From positions 32,001 through 96,000 of the forward strand of contig CBDFFH010000052.1 of NCBI GenBank assembly GCA_965246715.1: DNA of 64,000 bases. Reading direction: 5' to 3'. The notes beneath the pieces were generated by a model, which did no database searches, had not been told where the DNA came from, and worked only from the letters and a program-made list of their open reading frames with translations. The position numbers and the translations under genes were made by a program. The DNA is from Chamaesiphon sp. (GTDB lineage Bacteria > Cyanobacteriota > Cyanobacteriia > Cyanobacteriales > Chamaesiphonaceae). This document shows, in pieces, positions 1 through 10,623 of the stretch; the first letter of the stretch is position 1; every line of letters starts with the position of its first letter.

Positions 1-1047
1 AACAGTGGCATTATCGCTGGTAAAAATCAGCGTGGATTCGGGATAATGACGTTCCAGAATTTCGGCTAAAATTCGCAATTTACCGTTCGTCGAAAGTGTG
101 ATTTCCTTAGCTTCGCGATGCGCTAACATCGCCCGTCTACCTTCGGTAGATCGACAACTCGCTCTAATGAATTTTTGCCACCCATCGATACTCCCAAACG
201 AGATTTTTTGACTGCGTAAAAAGCGATCGCGTTCTTGAATTAATTCGTGGTAGCGGTTGAGTTCTTCGGGACTTAATTTAACTTTGATCTGTTCGACGCG
301 ATAAGGCGCTAATGCCGAACCCGCTAAATCGGCTGCTGTTTGGCGATATACTTCCTTCCCGATTAATAATGTTAAATCCTCATGTTTGCCGTCACTCCGT
401 TCGGGGGTAGCACTCAATCCCAACCGATATGGCGCGATCGAGTATTCGGCAACAACGCGATAAAAATCTGTCGGTAAATGATGGCATTCATCGCAAATCA
501 ATAAACCATATAAATCGCCTAAAGATTCGATCTGAATCGCCGCACTATCATAAGTGGAAATTAAAATCGGCGTGCGATCGCGCGAACCGCCACCCAATAA
601 GCCGATCTCCGTACCAGGAAAAGCTATCAATAACTGTGCGTACCACTGATGCATCAAGTCGATCGTCGGTACCAAAATTAACGTACTGCGGGGGGTAGCC
701 GCGATTGCAAGCTGTGCTACTAGCGTTTTACCAGCTCCGGTAGGTAAGACGACCACACCCTGCCTCCCGGCCTGTTTCCAAGCCAATAGCGCCGCTGCTT
801 GATGGGGATAGGGTTCGAGGTTGAGTTGGGAGTTTAGGTCGAGTACTACAAAGGCTTTGGCTTTATCGATGAAGTCAGTCTGCTCGTGTTGCAGCGATTC
901 GACAACTTCGCGATAATTGATGCCCGGTATCCGAAATTTCTCTACGCGATCGTCCCATGTCGCATACTCCATCCAGCCTTTACTCCGAGCTGGTGGATGT
1001 AACAGCAATGTCCCGCGATCGTAAGTCAGAGTCGGCAATCGGGCCAT
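1..1047 (-). CDS. Superfamily II DEAD/DEAH-box (XPB/ResIII-like) helicase, 3' end runs off the window
   Basis: Manual translation from ATG at 1047: MARLPTLTYDRGTLLL...VVLPTGAGKT (Walker A)...LICDECHH (DExH)...LGLSATPER (motif III); not in the ORF track because it is open at the edge. Confidence 0.9.
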   Translation of the reverse strand, partial: MARLPTLTYDRGTLLLHPPARSKGWMEYATWDDRVEKFRIPGINYREVVESLQHEQTDFIDKAKAFVVLDLNSQLNLEPYPHQAAALLAWKQAGRQGVVVLPTGAGKTLVAQLAIAATPRSTLILVPTIDLMHQWYAQLLIAFPGTEIGLLGGGSRDRTPILISTYDSAAIQIESLGDLYGLLICDECHHLPTDFYRVVAEYSIAPYRLGLSATPERSDGKHEDLTLLIGKEVYRQTAADLAGSALAPYRVEQIKVKLSPEELNRYHELIQERDRFLRSQKISFGSIDGWQKFIRASCRSTEGRRAMLAHREAKEITLSTNGKLRILAEILERHYPESTLIFTSDNATV

Positions 1048-1155
1048 GAATGAGATTTAACTTGGTAACGCACACCTTATCGTAGCGCAACAGTGGCGGA
1101 AAGGGTAAAGGGGCGATCCCAATAAGTAATCATAAACAACTACAAATTTATTTCC

Positions 1156-1497
1156 CTAATCTGGATATGTTGTCAAATTAGTTGCAATTTGATTCAACCA
1201 TAAATCTTGGCCGAATGCGGTGGCGATGCCCAGGCCACCTGCCAGGTTAGCGATAAATCCTTTCTCAGTATTTTTGTAATTAATATGATTGGCAAGCGAC
1301 CACACAAATACACCAACGCCAATTAAAATCAATCCAGTAAGTACGAAGGTTAAAGACAAGACTTGACTATCAGCTTGGTTAGCATCAGCCACCCAAATTG
1401 TCGCCCAGTGATGGGCAATCTTCCAGATAAATGTCTTACTCGCCCAGATTAAAAATCCTCCAATAAAATAGGCAACTGCTCCTGGTATATATTCCAT
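1156..1497 (-). CDS. Hypothetical membrane protein
   Basis: 113-aa ORF with 2-3 hydrophobic segments. Confidence 0.6.
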   Translation of the reverse strand: MEYIPGAVAYFIGGFLIWASKTFIWKIAHHWATIWVADANQADSQVLSLTFVLTGLILIGVGVFVWSLANHINYKNTEKGFIANLAGGLGIATAFGQDLWLNQIATNLTTYPD

Positions 1498-1571
1498 CTC
1501 TTGTTATTGGTTGTTAGTTATTATTGGTTATTCGAGCCGATCGCTAATTCCTTTTGTCTTTCCCCTTTTAT

Positions 1572-1853
1572 CTATCTCCACCGATCGCGTTCTAGATCGT
1601 AGATTGCTTTCTCCCAGTGCCAATCTGCGGATTTATCGGGATGTTTGAGTTGAGATTGCTGGATCAGTCGATCGGCAGTATTCCGATTACCACCGAGTAA
1701 TTTTAATAATTTACGTTCGAGGTGGGAATGCTGCGGTCTAAGTACAGCTCGGCTGGAATTGTGCCGCCCACGACCGCGCAGTCGATGGCGTTGTTGCCAA
1801 GCTAAAAATAATAAACAGATTCCAGCAACGATCGCGATCTCAGCACCAGTCAT
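1572..1853 (-). CDS. Small hypothetical protein with N-terminal TM anchor
   Basis: 93 aa; TM helix followed by a cyanobacterial-type helical C-terminus (LLKLLGGN...WEKAIYDLERDR). Confidence 0.7.
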   Translation of the reverse strand: MTGAEIAIVAGICLLFLAWQQRHRLRGRGRHNSSRAVLRPQHSHLERKLLKLLGGNRNTADRLIQQSQLKHPDKSADWHWEKAIYDLERDRWR

Positions 1854-1997
1854 GAGTAATTTTAAATTTAAAGAGCGAGATTAAATACCAATGCCTTATC
1901 AAATATAGCTAAAACTAGTGGTAATCTAAATCCGTGAAACCACCGAGCTTGAGGAGTTGATTACCGTAATAGATCGCGATCGACTACCAATTACACT

Positions 1998-2609
1998 TCA
2001 CTCGATTGCCGCCAACCACTGCGGATATCCACCAGAAACCCGCGATTGATATGTAGACAGCGAACTTCCAGCACACAGCGTCCTAACTAGTGGTAAAAAC
2101 TGGCGATCGAGATCGAGATCCTTACCAAAATATTCACAGGCGACCGTCCACCAGGTTTGTGAGCGTACTTGCAATTGCGTGAGTTCGATCGAGGCGATAT
2201 TTGCTGCTGGTATTGCAATTTGGGTAAGTGAAATCGGCTCGCCAAATTCGACTCGATACAGCCGTCGATCGCGGATTTTATTGACTTTGAGCCAACCTGG
2301 TTTATCGGCTAGTTTAGTTGGCGACAATCCGCCGCCATCATCCAGGCAAATCCACTTCGACCATTGCTCGATGCGGCTGTCTACCATGCCATCGATGGCA
2401 AACTGGCCTAATTGCTGCCGATATTTGACTTCAAGATTGCCCTGACGTAACTTGACTCCGACATCTGGCGAACTAGATTGGAGATAAAAATCCGATCGAG
2501 TGTCGATATTTTCCAGCCGTGCTCCCGCTGTCTCGAACCAGTTGCTAACCGCTGCAGGTAATTCGCCAGGATAAAACCACCGCACTTCGATCGTCTGAAA
2601 ATTATCCAT
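1998..2609 (-). CDS. CYTH-like domain protein
   Basis: N-terminal EVRWF, R-x-D-x-Y, VKLR-x-G-x-LEVK and C-terminal GYPQWL; start overlaps the upstream gene's stop. Confidence 0.6.
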   Translation of the reverse strand: MDNFQTIEVRWFYPGELPAAVSNWFETAGARLENIDTRSDFYLQSSSPDVGVKLRQGNLEVKYRQQLGQFAIDGMVDSRIEQWSKWICLDDGGGLSPTKLADKPGWLKVNKIRDRRLYRVEFGEPISLTQIAIPAANIASIELTQLQVRSQTWWTVACEYFGKDLDLDRQFLPLVRTLCAGSSLSTYQSRVSGGYPQWLAAIE

Positions 2610-3902
2610 TAATTACCTCCTCTTCGGGCCGAATCGCGATCGTGATATCTGCCACATTAGTCCCCGTCGCGCCAATCCGCAGCAGATCTCCCAATTTCTC
2701 AAAAAATCGATAACTGTCGTGACGATCGAGTGCCAGTTTAGCATCTAACCCACATTCGAGCGCGCGAGATCGATCGTGCGTTCGGTTACTGTCGCACCAG
2801 CCGCATCGGTCGGGCCATCGGTACCGTCCGTTGCCAACGTTGCCACCCATGCTGGAGTCGCTTGAGTACTTAATTCGATCGCTGCTGCCAAGGCTAATTC
2901 CTGATTGCGTCCGCCTTTACCCTCACATTCAGACGATCGCGTGACTGTAGTTTCGCCACCATATATTAAGACAGTTTTGGGCGGTTGGGTCAGGATCTCG
3001 CGCGCGATTTCGCGACCGCGCACCTGTGCTTCGCCAGCTAATGTTGTCGTGACGATCTGCGGATGATAACCCAACTTGGTGGCGGTGTCAGCGACGGCGT
3101 TACAAGCTTGACGGTTGCTACCGATGATGATGTTTTCAGCCGCTGGATGGTTGGTTAGTCCTGACGCGATCGCCGCGATCGAGTCACCGATTACATCTGA
3201 TAAAATTAGCCCCACGACTTGCCCTGGCAACGCTCGCTCCACCAAACCCCCACCTTTGAGTCGATCGAGTTGCGCTCTGACGGCATTGATGCTTTCGATA
3301 TCTAACCCACAATTTAATAATGATGTATTAATCGCCTGCATTACCGTTAAGGGGATCGTCATCTGGGCATCGATGGTATCAATGTTAATATCCTGACGCT
3401 GGAGCGCAGCATGAATTAGTTGCCGCCTTTGGGGTGAAAGTACCGCTAACATTTGCCAGAGCGCACTCCACGATCTGGGTGCTGTGACTAGGGCAGAGGC
3501 ACCACCTGAGATACAGGCAATTATTAAAGTCCGATCGGTACAATTATCCAAAAAAATTTCCACCCGATCGCCAGCAGCTAAACTGCACTCGTCTGGGGTC
3601 GGATGTCCGGCTTCGATGACTTCCCAGCCTGCTGGAAATTTGACAGTTCCTACATGTGCGTGTTTAGTAACCACCAATCCACTGGCAAGATCGTTGCCGA
3701 GGATGTCCGCGATCGCTTGAGCCATGGGGACGGCAGCTTTGCCGAGCGCGATACACTGAATTTCCCAAGCGTCGAGATCGTAGCTCAGTCGATCGGCGAT
3801 CGTCAGTCGATCGCCACTGCGGTTGACCTCTCGCTCGATCGCGGCGATCGGATTTGCTGCTGCTAATGCTGCCGATCGAAAGGCGGCGATTGACTCATTC
3901 AT
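2602..3902 (-). pseudogene. Glycerate 2-kinase (MOFRL/DUF4147 family), frameshifted near 2767
   Basis: GKAA, ISGGASAL, LSDVIGD, GGETTV, GGRNQE and TDGTDG motifs in 2745..3902; the C-terminal HDSY...TGTNVAD is in a different frame (2602..2850). Confidence 0.85.
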
Positions 3903-4182
3903 GATGCAATTGGATAACGTTAATTTAGGGCGGATTAAGGTCGGCTAGAGGTCTCGATCGATCGAGTCAGCTGCCACCGATTACTTCTTAATTAGGGCAA
4001 TGACTCAGCCTCATGTAACGTACTTGCAACTTTATTTGGATTTCGTTACAATCATTAACAATAAGTAACAAACTCTGACAAGTTACGTAAATTCAGCCAA
4101 AATTCATCGGTACAGCCGCTCCACCCGCACATTGTCCCGATGAGCGATCGATTTCAAGATTGGGTAAATAAATTTTAAGGCA

Positions 4183-4770
4183 TTGACGATGAATACCGAT
4201 GAATTGCTCCGGCAATACGAAAATGGCAAGCGAGACTTTATGCTGGCGGATTTATCGGATGTCTGTCTGACGGAAAGATGTTTGGCGGCGATCGATCTGA
4301 GTCAATCCGATTTAGCGAATGCTAATCTGTCGGGATCGGATTTACAATGTGCTAATTTGTCCGCAGCAGTTTTAACTAGAGCAACATTATGGCGATCGAA
4401 TCTCACCAAAGCTAGCATCATGTCCGCGAACTTCGATAGTGCGAACTTGATTCGCGCTACCTTGGTGCTCCTCGATGGCGATCGGGCATCGTTACGCAAA
4501 GCAGATTTACGCTTGGCAGATTTGCAAGGAGCAAATTTGCGGCAAGTCAATCTCGTCGGTGCTGACTTGCGCTATGCCAATCTCACTGGTGTCGATTTGA
4601 CGGGTGCCGATCTTAGCCGCGCCAATCTGACTGGTGCAAATCTATCGCAAGCCGATCTCCGGGGCGCGGTTCTCGATCGGGCAATTCTCGAACATACCGA
4701 TTTTGGTGATGCCTCACTCATTGATGTCGATCTGAGTCGAGTCGATCTGCGTCACGCCTTGCTCGGCTGA
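4183..4770 (+). CDS. Pentapeptide repeat protein
   Basis: A(D/N)Lxx repeats throughout; typical ELL..Y..G.RDF N-terminus. Confidence 0.95.
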   Translation: MTMNTDELLRQYENGKRDFMLADLSDVCLTERCLAAIDLSQSDLANANLSGSDLQCANLSAAVLTRATLWRSNLTKASIMSANFDSANLIRATLVLLDGDRASLRKADLRLADLQGANLRQVNLVGADLRYANLTGVDLTGADLSRANLTGANLSQADLRGAVLDRAILEHTDFGDASLIDVDLSRVDLRHALLG

Positions 4771-5048
4771 TGCCACAACCGATCTAAACTCTCGCTCCGT
4801 TCTCAATTCAGCAACGCTCACTCAGTCGCGATCGAATCAAATCGGTAAAGTTGAGATTCCTCACTGCTAAATAATAGCGATCGGTCAGTTAATATGGGGA
4901 TATTAAGTAGAGTGGCACAAATAGTCGATCTGTAATTGTGTCTACCTACTCCTTAACATTGGCGCTCGATCGGTCGATAATATAATATATCGATGATTTA
5001 CCCGCGCTCGGCCGACGATTAGCAGAATACTTTATTAATGATTTATCA

Positions 5049-6725
5049 ATGATCGGTCAGTTACTAGCGGGACATTATCGCATCCTTCAGGTTTTGGGAG
5101 CGGGGGGATTTGGGCAAACCTATATTACCGAAGACTTACACCTCCCCGGTAATCCCAAATGCGTACTCAAGCATCTCAAACCTGCTAGTGCCGATCCTGG
5201 TGTGTTGGAGATCGCACGGAAGCTATTTGAAAAAGAAGCGATCGTCTTGCAACAATTGGGAAATCACGATCGCATCCCTCGGTTATTGGCTTATTTTGAA
5301 GAAGACCAGGAATTCTATTTAGTTCAAGAATACGTCCCCGGCCATCCCCTCTCGAAAGAGCTAACCAAGGGCACCAAATGGGGCGATCGACAGGTCATCG
5401 AGCTGCTTCAGGAAGTCTTAGAGATTTTAGTATTTATCCACGGCCAAGGCGTGATCCATCGGGATATCAAGCCGGACAATATCATGCGGCGCAGTAGCGA
5501 TCGCCGATTGGTACTGATCGACTTTGGGGCGATCAAACAAGTCCGCAATCAGCAGGTAGCGCACGGACAACATACGATGACAGTCGCGATCGGGACTCCA
5601 GGCTATATGCCGATCGAGCAAGCCTCCGGCAATCCTCGCGCCAGTAGCGATATTTATTCATTGGGCATGCTCGGCATCCAAGCATTAACCGGAACCAACC
5701 CCTACGAGCTGGCTGAAGACGATCGTACGGGCGAACTCAAATGGGAACACCTGACAGTTGCCAATCCCCAGTTAATTGCCATTCTCCAGCGGATGACCCG
5801 CTATCACTTCCGAGATCGCTACTTGACAGCAGCGGAGGCGCTCGCCGCCGTTAATGGGCTGATTAGTGGTGTGGTACCGCAAGCTGAAACTTACGTACAG
5901 ACAATTCCGCCGCGATCGCCTGGGAGCGAATCCCAAGCTACCGTCGTTGTTGGTCGATCGACCGCTCCATCCGCACCCACGGAATTACCCCAGCGTAGCG
6001 CCCCGAAGAAATCCCCATCGGGTAGTATGTTTCCCCTGGTGGCTGGTATTGGCGCGATCGCAGCAGCAGTAGCCAGTTTTATCTGGTTCAGCACTAACAT
6101 CTTAAATAAACGTAGTTTCGCTGATGCGGTCAAATCCGATCTCTGTCGGATCGCCACGCCGACAGATCTACCAACAACTAGAGTCCGATCGCAACCCCAG
6201 CGCGATGCCACAATTCAAGCGAATATTCCCCAGGGGACAAAGGTAGTCTTCCTTGCCGAAAAAGATGCTTTCGTGCAGATTCAGATGGCTGATAATTCGA
6301 CTGGATGGGTCTATAACAATCAGATTACTGCTTGTAATGCACCAGTAACGACCCCGAAACCGACTCCGAGCAAGTCGGTAAGTCCCCAGCCCATTTCTGT
6401 ACCGACACCAAAAGTCGAGCGTACGCCAGTAGTCATTCCCGCTACCCCAAAACCCAGTCCCGTCGCTAGTCCATCGCCAATTCCGATCGAGGTACCTTCA
6501 CCCTCAGCCACAATCACTCCTTCACCAACACCAACACCCAGCCCGTCAACACCTACTCCTGCGCCCACACTCACGCCTTACACCTCACCACGGGGCATCC
6601 AGCCGCCATCTACGCCAACACCCACGTCATCCCCTTCATCGAACAAGAGCGAACCAGCCAATAATGGCACTACACCATCACCTGGGAAATCTAGTACCGA
6701 CGACAGTAAAACACCGATCTGGTAA
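5049..6725 (+). CDS. Membrane Ser/Thr protein kinase with extracytoplasmic SH3b-like domain and Pro/Thr-rich tail
   Basis: LGAGGFG, IHRDIKPDN, DFG, GTPGY; TM helix; VRSQP...TGWV SH3-like segment; PTPSP repeats. Confidence 0.95.
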   Translation: MIGQLLAGHYRILQVLGAGGFGQTYITEDLHLPGNPKCVLKHLKPASADPGVLEIARKLFEKEAIVLQQLGNHDRIPRLLAYFEEDQEFYLVQEYVPGHPLSKELTKGTKWGDRQVIELLQEVLEILVFIHGQGVIHRDIKPDNIMRRSSDRRLVLIDFGAIKQVRNQQVAHGQHTMTVAIGTPGYMPIEQASGNPRASSDIYSLGMLGIQALTGTNPYELAEDDRTGELKWEHLTVANPQLIAILQRMTRYHFRDRYLTAAEALAAVNGLISGVVPQAETYVQTIPPRSPGSESQATVVVGRSTAPSAPTELPQRSAPKKSPSGSMFPLVAGIGAIAAAVASFIWFSTNILNKRSFADAVKSDLCRIATPTDLPTTRVRSQPQRDATIQANIPQGTKVVFLAEKDAFVQIQMADNSTGWVYNNQITACNAPVTTPKPTPSKSVSPQPISVPTPKVERTPVVIPATPKPSPVASPSPIPIEVPSPSATITPSPTPTPSPSTPTPAPTLTPYTSPRGIQPPSTPTPTSSPSSNKSEPANNGTTPSPGKSSTDDSKTPIW

Positions 6726-6740
6726 TAACTATGAATAATT

Positions 6741-6894
6741 AACGCAAGTTGCTGATTAGGAACGCCTACGATTGAAATCGTGGCTAATAATGCAAAGTCC
6801 GCCTTCGCAGACTAGTAAACCAGTCCGCGAAGGCGGACTTTGCAACCTGAGGAGCGGTTTCTAACCGCTTTGGTTATAGGTAGCAACTTAGGTT
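6741..6894 (-). mobile_element. MITE family A copy 1 (154 bp)
   Basis: TIRs aacgcaagttgc...gcaacttaggtt, flanking AATT duplication, internal hairpin tgcaaagtccgccttcgc...gcgaaggcggactttgca; matches 34575 and 36671 in reverse orientation. Confidence 0.85.
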
Positions 6895-6907
6895 AATTAA
6901 CAGGGAA

Positions 6908-7600
6908 TTGCTAATGAGAACATTCTTAAAATCGATCGGTTTAATTTTAGCTTTAGTCGCATTAATTTCATTGCTAATTTTGATTCCAGCCGTGCAGTTT
7001 GGAGTGGCAACCGATCGGCGACTACTGTTACTGGCGATCGGTTATTTTAGTTTTTTCTTGGGGACTGTCTGGCGCGTCGTCCGCTATGGAGATTTAGTGA
7101 GTAGAGATAAAGATCTCCAAGTCAAGCAGACTTCGGGACGGATTGCTTCTTTCCTAGCAATAGTTGGCTTAATCAGCGTGCATTGGGTAGCAATATTTAC
7201 GTTTGCGACTGTCGATCGAGTGCCAGATCTATTATTAGATCGAACTTCCGAGATCGTGGGTACGAGCTTAATCGGTTCGGCAATTATTATCAGTCAAGTT
7301 GCCATCAAAACTCTCGGTAAATTCTTCGATCGACTGGTAATTAAATCAGACCATCTTTTAGTGACAGTAGGAATCTACAGCTCGGTCAGACATCCGATTT
7401 ATACTAGCTACATTCTCTTGTTTCTAGGATTTTGTATTACCTTACAAAGCTTGTGGGGAATGTGCTTGCTACTCGCTGTCTGTATCATCTGGTTTGGCAA
7501 TCGGATTGGCATTGAGGAGCAAATGTTAATTGAGAAGTTTGGTGATGATTATCTAGCTTACTGTCAAACAACTAAACGATTATTTCCATATATTTATTAG
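6908..7600 (+). CDS. Isoprenylcysteine carboxyl methyltransferase (ICMT/PEMT) family membrane protein
   Basis: H.LVT.GIYS.VRHPIY and EE..L..KFG..Y..Y motifs. Confidence 0.9.
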   Translation: MLMRTFLKSIGLILALVALISLLILIPAVQFGVATDRRLLLLAIGYFSFFLGTVWRVVRYGDLVSRDKDLQVKQTSGRIASFLAIVGLISVHWVAIFTFATVDRVPDLLLDRTSEIVGTSLIGSAIIISQVAIKTLGKFFDRLVIKSDHLLVTVGIYSSVRHPIYTSYILLFLGFCITLQSLWGMCLLLAVCIIWFGNRIGIEEQMLIEKFGDDYLAYCQTTKRLFPYIY

Positions 7601-7661
7601 GCTAGTCAAAATCGATCGATACTTCGATCTAATGAGTATCGATCGCGATCTTGAGAGCATC

Positions 7662-7701
7662 AAAAAAAGCGGCCTAATTTCCCTAAGGAAATTAGGCCGC
7701 T
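7662..7701 (-). terminator. Intrinsic terminator of eno
   Basis: agcggcctaatttcc/ggaaattaggccgct hairpin with a T-run on the minus strand. Confidence 0.85.
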
Positions 7702-7716
7702 TAGCTACAATTTAAA

Positions 7717-9045
<1,329 letters not shown>

Positions 9046-9146
9046 CTAATTATTCGTCCCGTGGCAACACTAGGTGCCAACACGTTATCATACGACCTGA
9101 AGAGACCTTTATGAGCAAATTCGGCTACCAAATTTTTGAGAGGGCC

Positions 9147-9539
9147 ATGCGTTTACTACATACAATGCTGCGAGTCGGCGATTTAGAAGCCTCGATCCGC
9201 TTCTATTGCGACATTCTAGGAATGAAGTTACTCCGCAAACAAGATTATCCTGATGGTAAGTTTACACTTGCTTTTGTCGGTTACGGCGACGAGTCCGATA
9301 ATACAGTCATCGAATTAACTCACAATTGGGATACTTCAACATATACCATCGGCGATGCTTACGGTCATATCGCGCTCGGTGTGGATGACATTTATGCTAC
9401 CTGCGCCGCAATTTCTGATAAAGGCGGTAAAGTGGTGCGTCCGCCAGGAGCGATGAAGCATGGCACTACAGTCATCGCCTTTGTTGAAGATCCGAGTGGT
9501 TATAAGGTCGAGTTGATTCAACTTACCGATCGTCATTAA
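9147..9539 (+). CDS. gloA: Lactoylglutathione lyase (glyoxalase I)
   Basis: [13 protein letters not shown]...IELTHNW...[11 protein letters not shown]; start moved to ATG 9147. Confidence 0.95.
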   Translation: MRLLHTMLRVGDLEASIRFYCDILGMKLLRKQDYPDGKFTLAFVGYGDESDNTVIELTHNWDTSTYTIGDAYGHIALGVDDIYATCAAISDKGGKVVRPPGAMKHGTTVIAFVEDPSGYKVELIQLTDRH

Positions 9540-9806
9540 TTAGCATAGGCATTTACAATCTCCATCGAGCGGTTTAGGCTCTAGTAACAATCGATCGCGC
9601 CGTTGCCAAGTTACATCCGATGGCAAAATATTTCAGTTTTTATGCTATGATTGCGTCACACCAATCGTAGCTATTTTTTGGCGATTGTCAAGCGAAAAGA
9701 TTTAGCAGGCGAGCGAATTTGGTGATAAACCGATCGCCTTTTTAGCGTTATTAGCATCAGAGATTGTGATTCACCAATTAATATTCATAGTGAGGTAAGT
9801 AACAAC

Positions 9807-10190
9807 ATGAGTCTTCCAAGTAAAAATTGTAACTTAGCAATGTTCGCGACGATCGCTGTCTCCACCATGCTACTTTCAGCAGTAGTAAGAGCAGATGCCA
9901 ATCCTTATTTGCGAGGCGATCTAAGAATTGCTGAAGCAAATACCACCCCCAAGATGAAGAAAACTACTACAGTCAAACCTGCTGTTGACAGTAAAAAGAA
10001 AATTCAATCCGTTCCTGGTGGTGCAATGCAGCAAACTGGTAAAGAGCCATTTGTTAAAGAAGGGCCTATTTTTGTTAAATCTGGCAAACCTGCCGATATC
10101 AATCAAAAACTTCAAACCGCCCCTGGCGCAAAATCGATCCCTTCTGCGGTAGATGTCGAGAAAAAAGTTAAGTCTTCAACCGATAAGTAA
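9807..10190 (+). CDS. Small Lys-rich protein with signal-peptide-like N-terminus; candidate RiPP precursor or substrate
   Basis: GAGGT RBS; hydrophobic N-terminus ending AVVRA; repeated PFVKEG/PIFVKSG motif flanked by KIQSVPGG and KLQTAPGA; upstream of the radical SAM gene. Confidence 0.75.
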   Translation: MSLPSKNCNLAMFATIAVSTMLLSAVVRADANPYLRGDLRIAEANTTPKMKKTTTVKPAVDSKKKIQSVPGGAMQQTGKEPFVKEGPIFVKSGKPADINQKLQTAPGAKSIPSAVDVEKKVKSSTDK

Positions 10191-10218
10191 TCTTGTCGAT
10201 CGGTTATTTTTTGAATAA

Positions 10219-10361
10219 CTCACATCTTGTCCCAATTCTTCTGTACTAAGCAAAAATCTAGAAGGGTACCCCTACCTCAAATCGCCTGTAGGGGTGCCCC
10301 TTGTGGGTACCCTGAAATCTGTGCTTGGTAAGAATATTTATATACTGGTGCAAGATGTGAG
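10219..10361. mobile_element. MITE family B (143 bp)
   Basis: TIR ctcacatcttg...caagatgtgag, ATAA direct repeat on both sides, internal palindrome gggtacccctac/gtaggggtgccc. Confidence 0.8.
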
Positions 10362-10367
10362 ATAAGT

Positions 10368-10403
10368 AATCTAGCTGGCGCTAAATCGATCGTCAGCTAG
10401 ATT
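10368..10403 (+). terminator. Stem-loop between precursor gene and maturase (terminator or RNA-stabilising hairpin)
   Basis: aatctagctggcg / cgtcagctagatt inverted repeat. Confidence 0.5.
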
Positions 10404-10472
10404 TATATAGTAAATTTGAAATTTATCAGGACTCAGCGATTTGATAAATGACTAGTTTTTTCTAGGAGTTAT

Positions 10473-10595
10473 CCGTTTGTTAAAAGTTCTGGCGATCGCA
10501 AAATACAATCTTTACCTGGAGCAAAATCCACGCCTAAATTCACGACCTCTGCGGTAGAGAGCGAGCGAGAAAGCAGAGCGACAAACGATCGGTAA
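10473..10595 (+). pseudogene. Start-less remnant paralogous to the C-terminal part of 9807..10190
   Basis: Translates PFVKSSGDRKIQSLPGAKSTPKFTTSAVESERE...TAA; in-frame TGA at 10449 with no start codon between. Confidence 0.75.
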
Positions 10596-10623
10596 AGACT
10601 CGCAAATTTTACTTGAAGAGGTA

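Noticed and set aside
429..698. ORF-track 89-aa plus-strand ORF, and the many other short ORFs overlapping recognised genes
   Set aside because: Antisense or alternative-frame shadows of well-supported genes (here the helicase), with no motifs.
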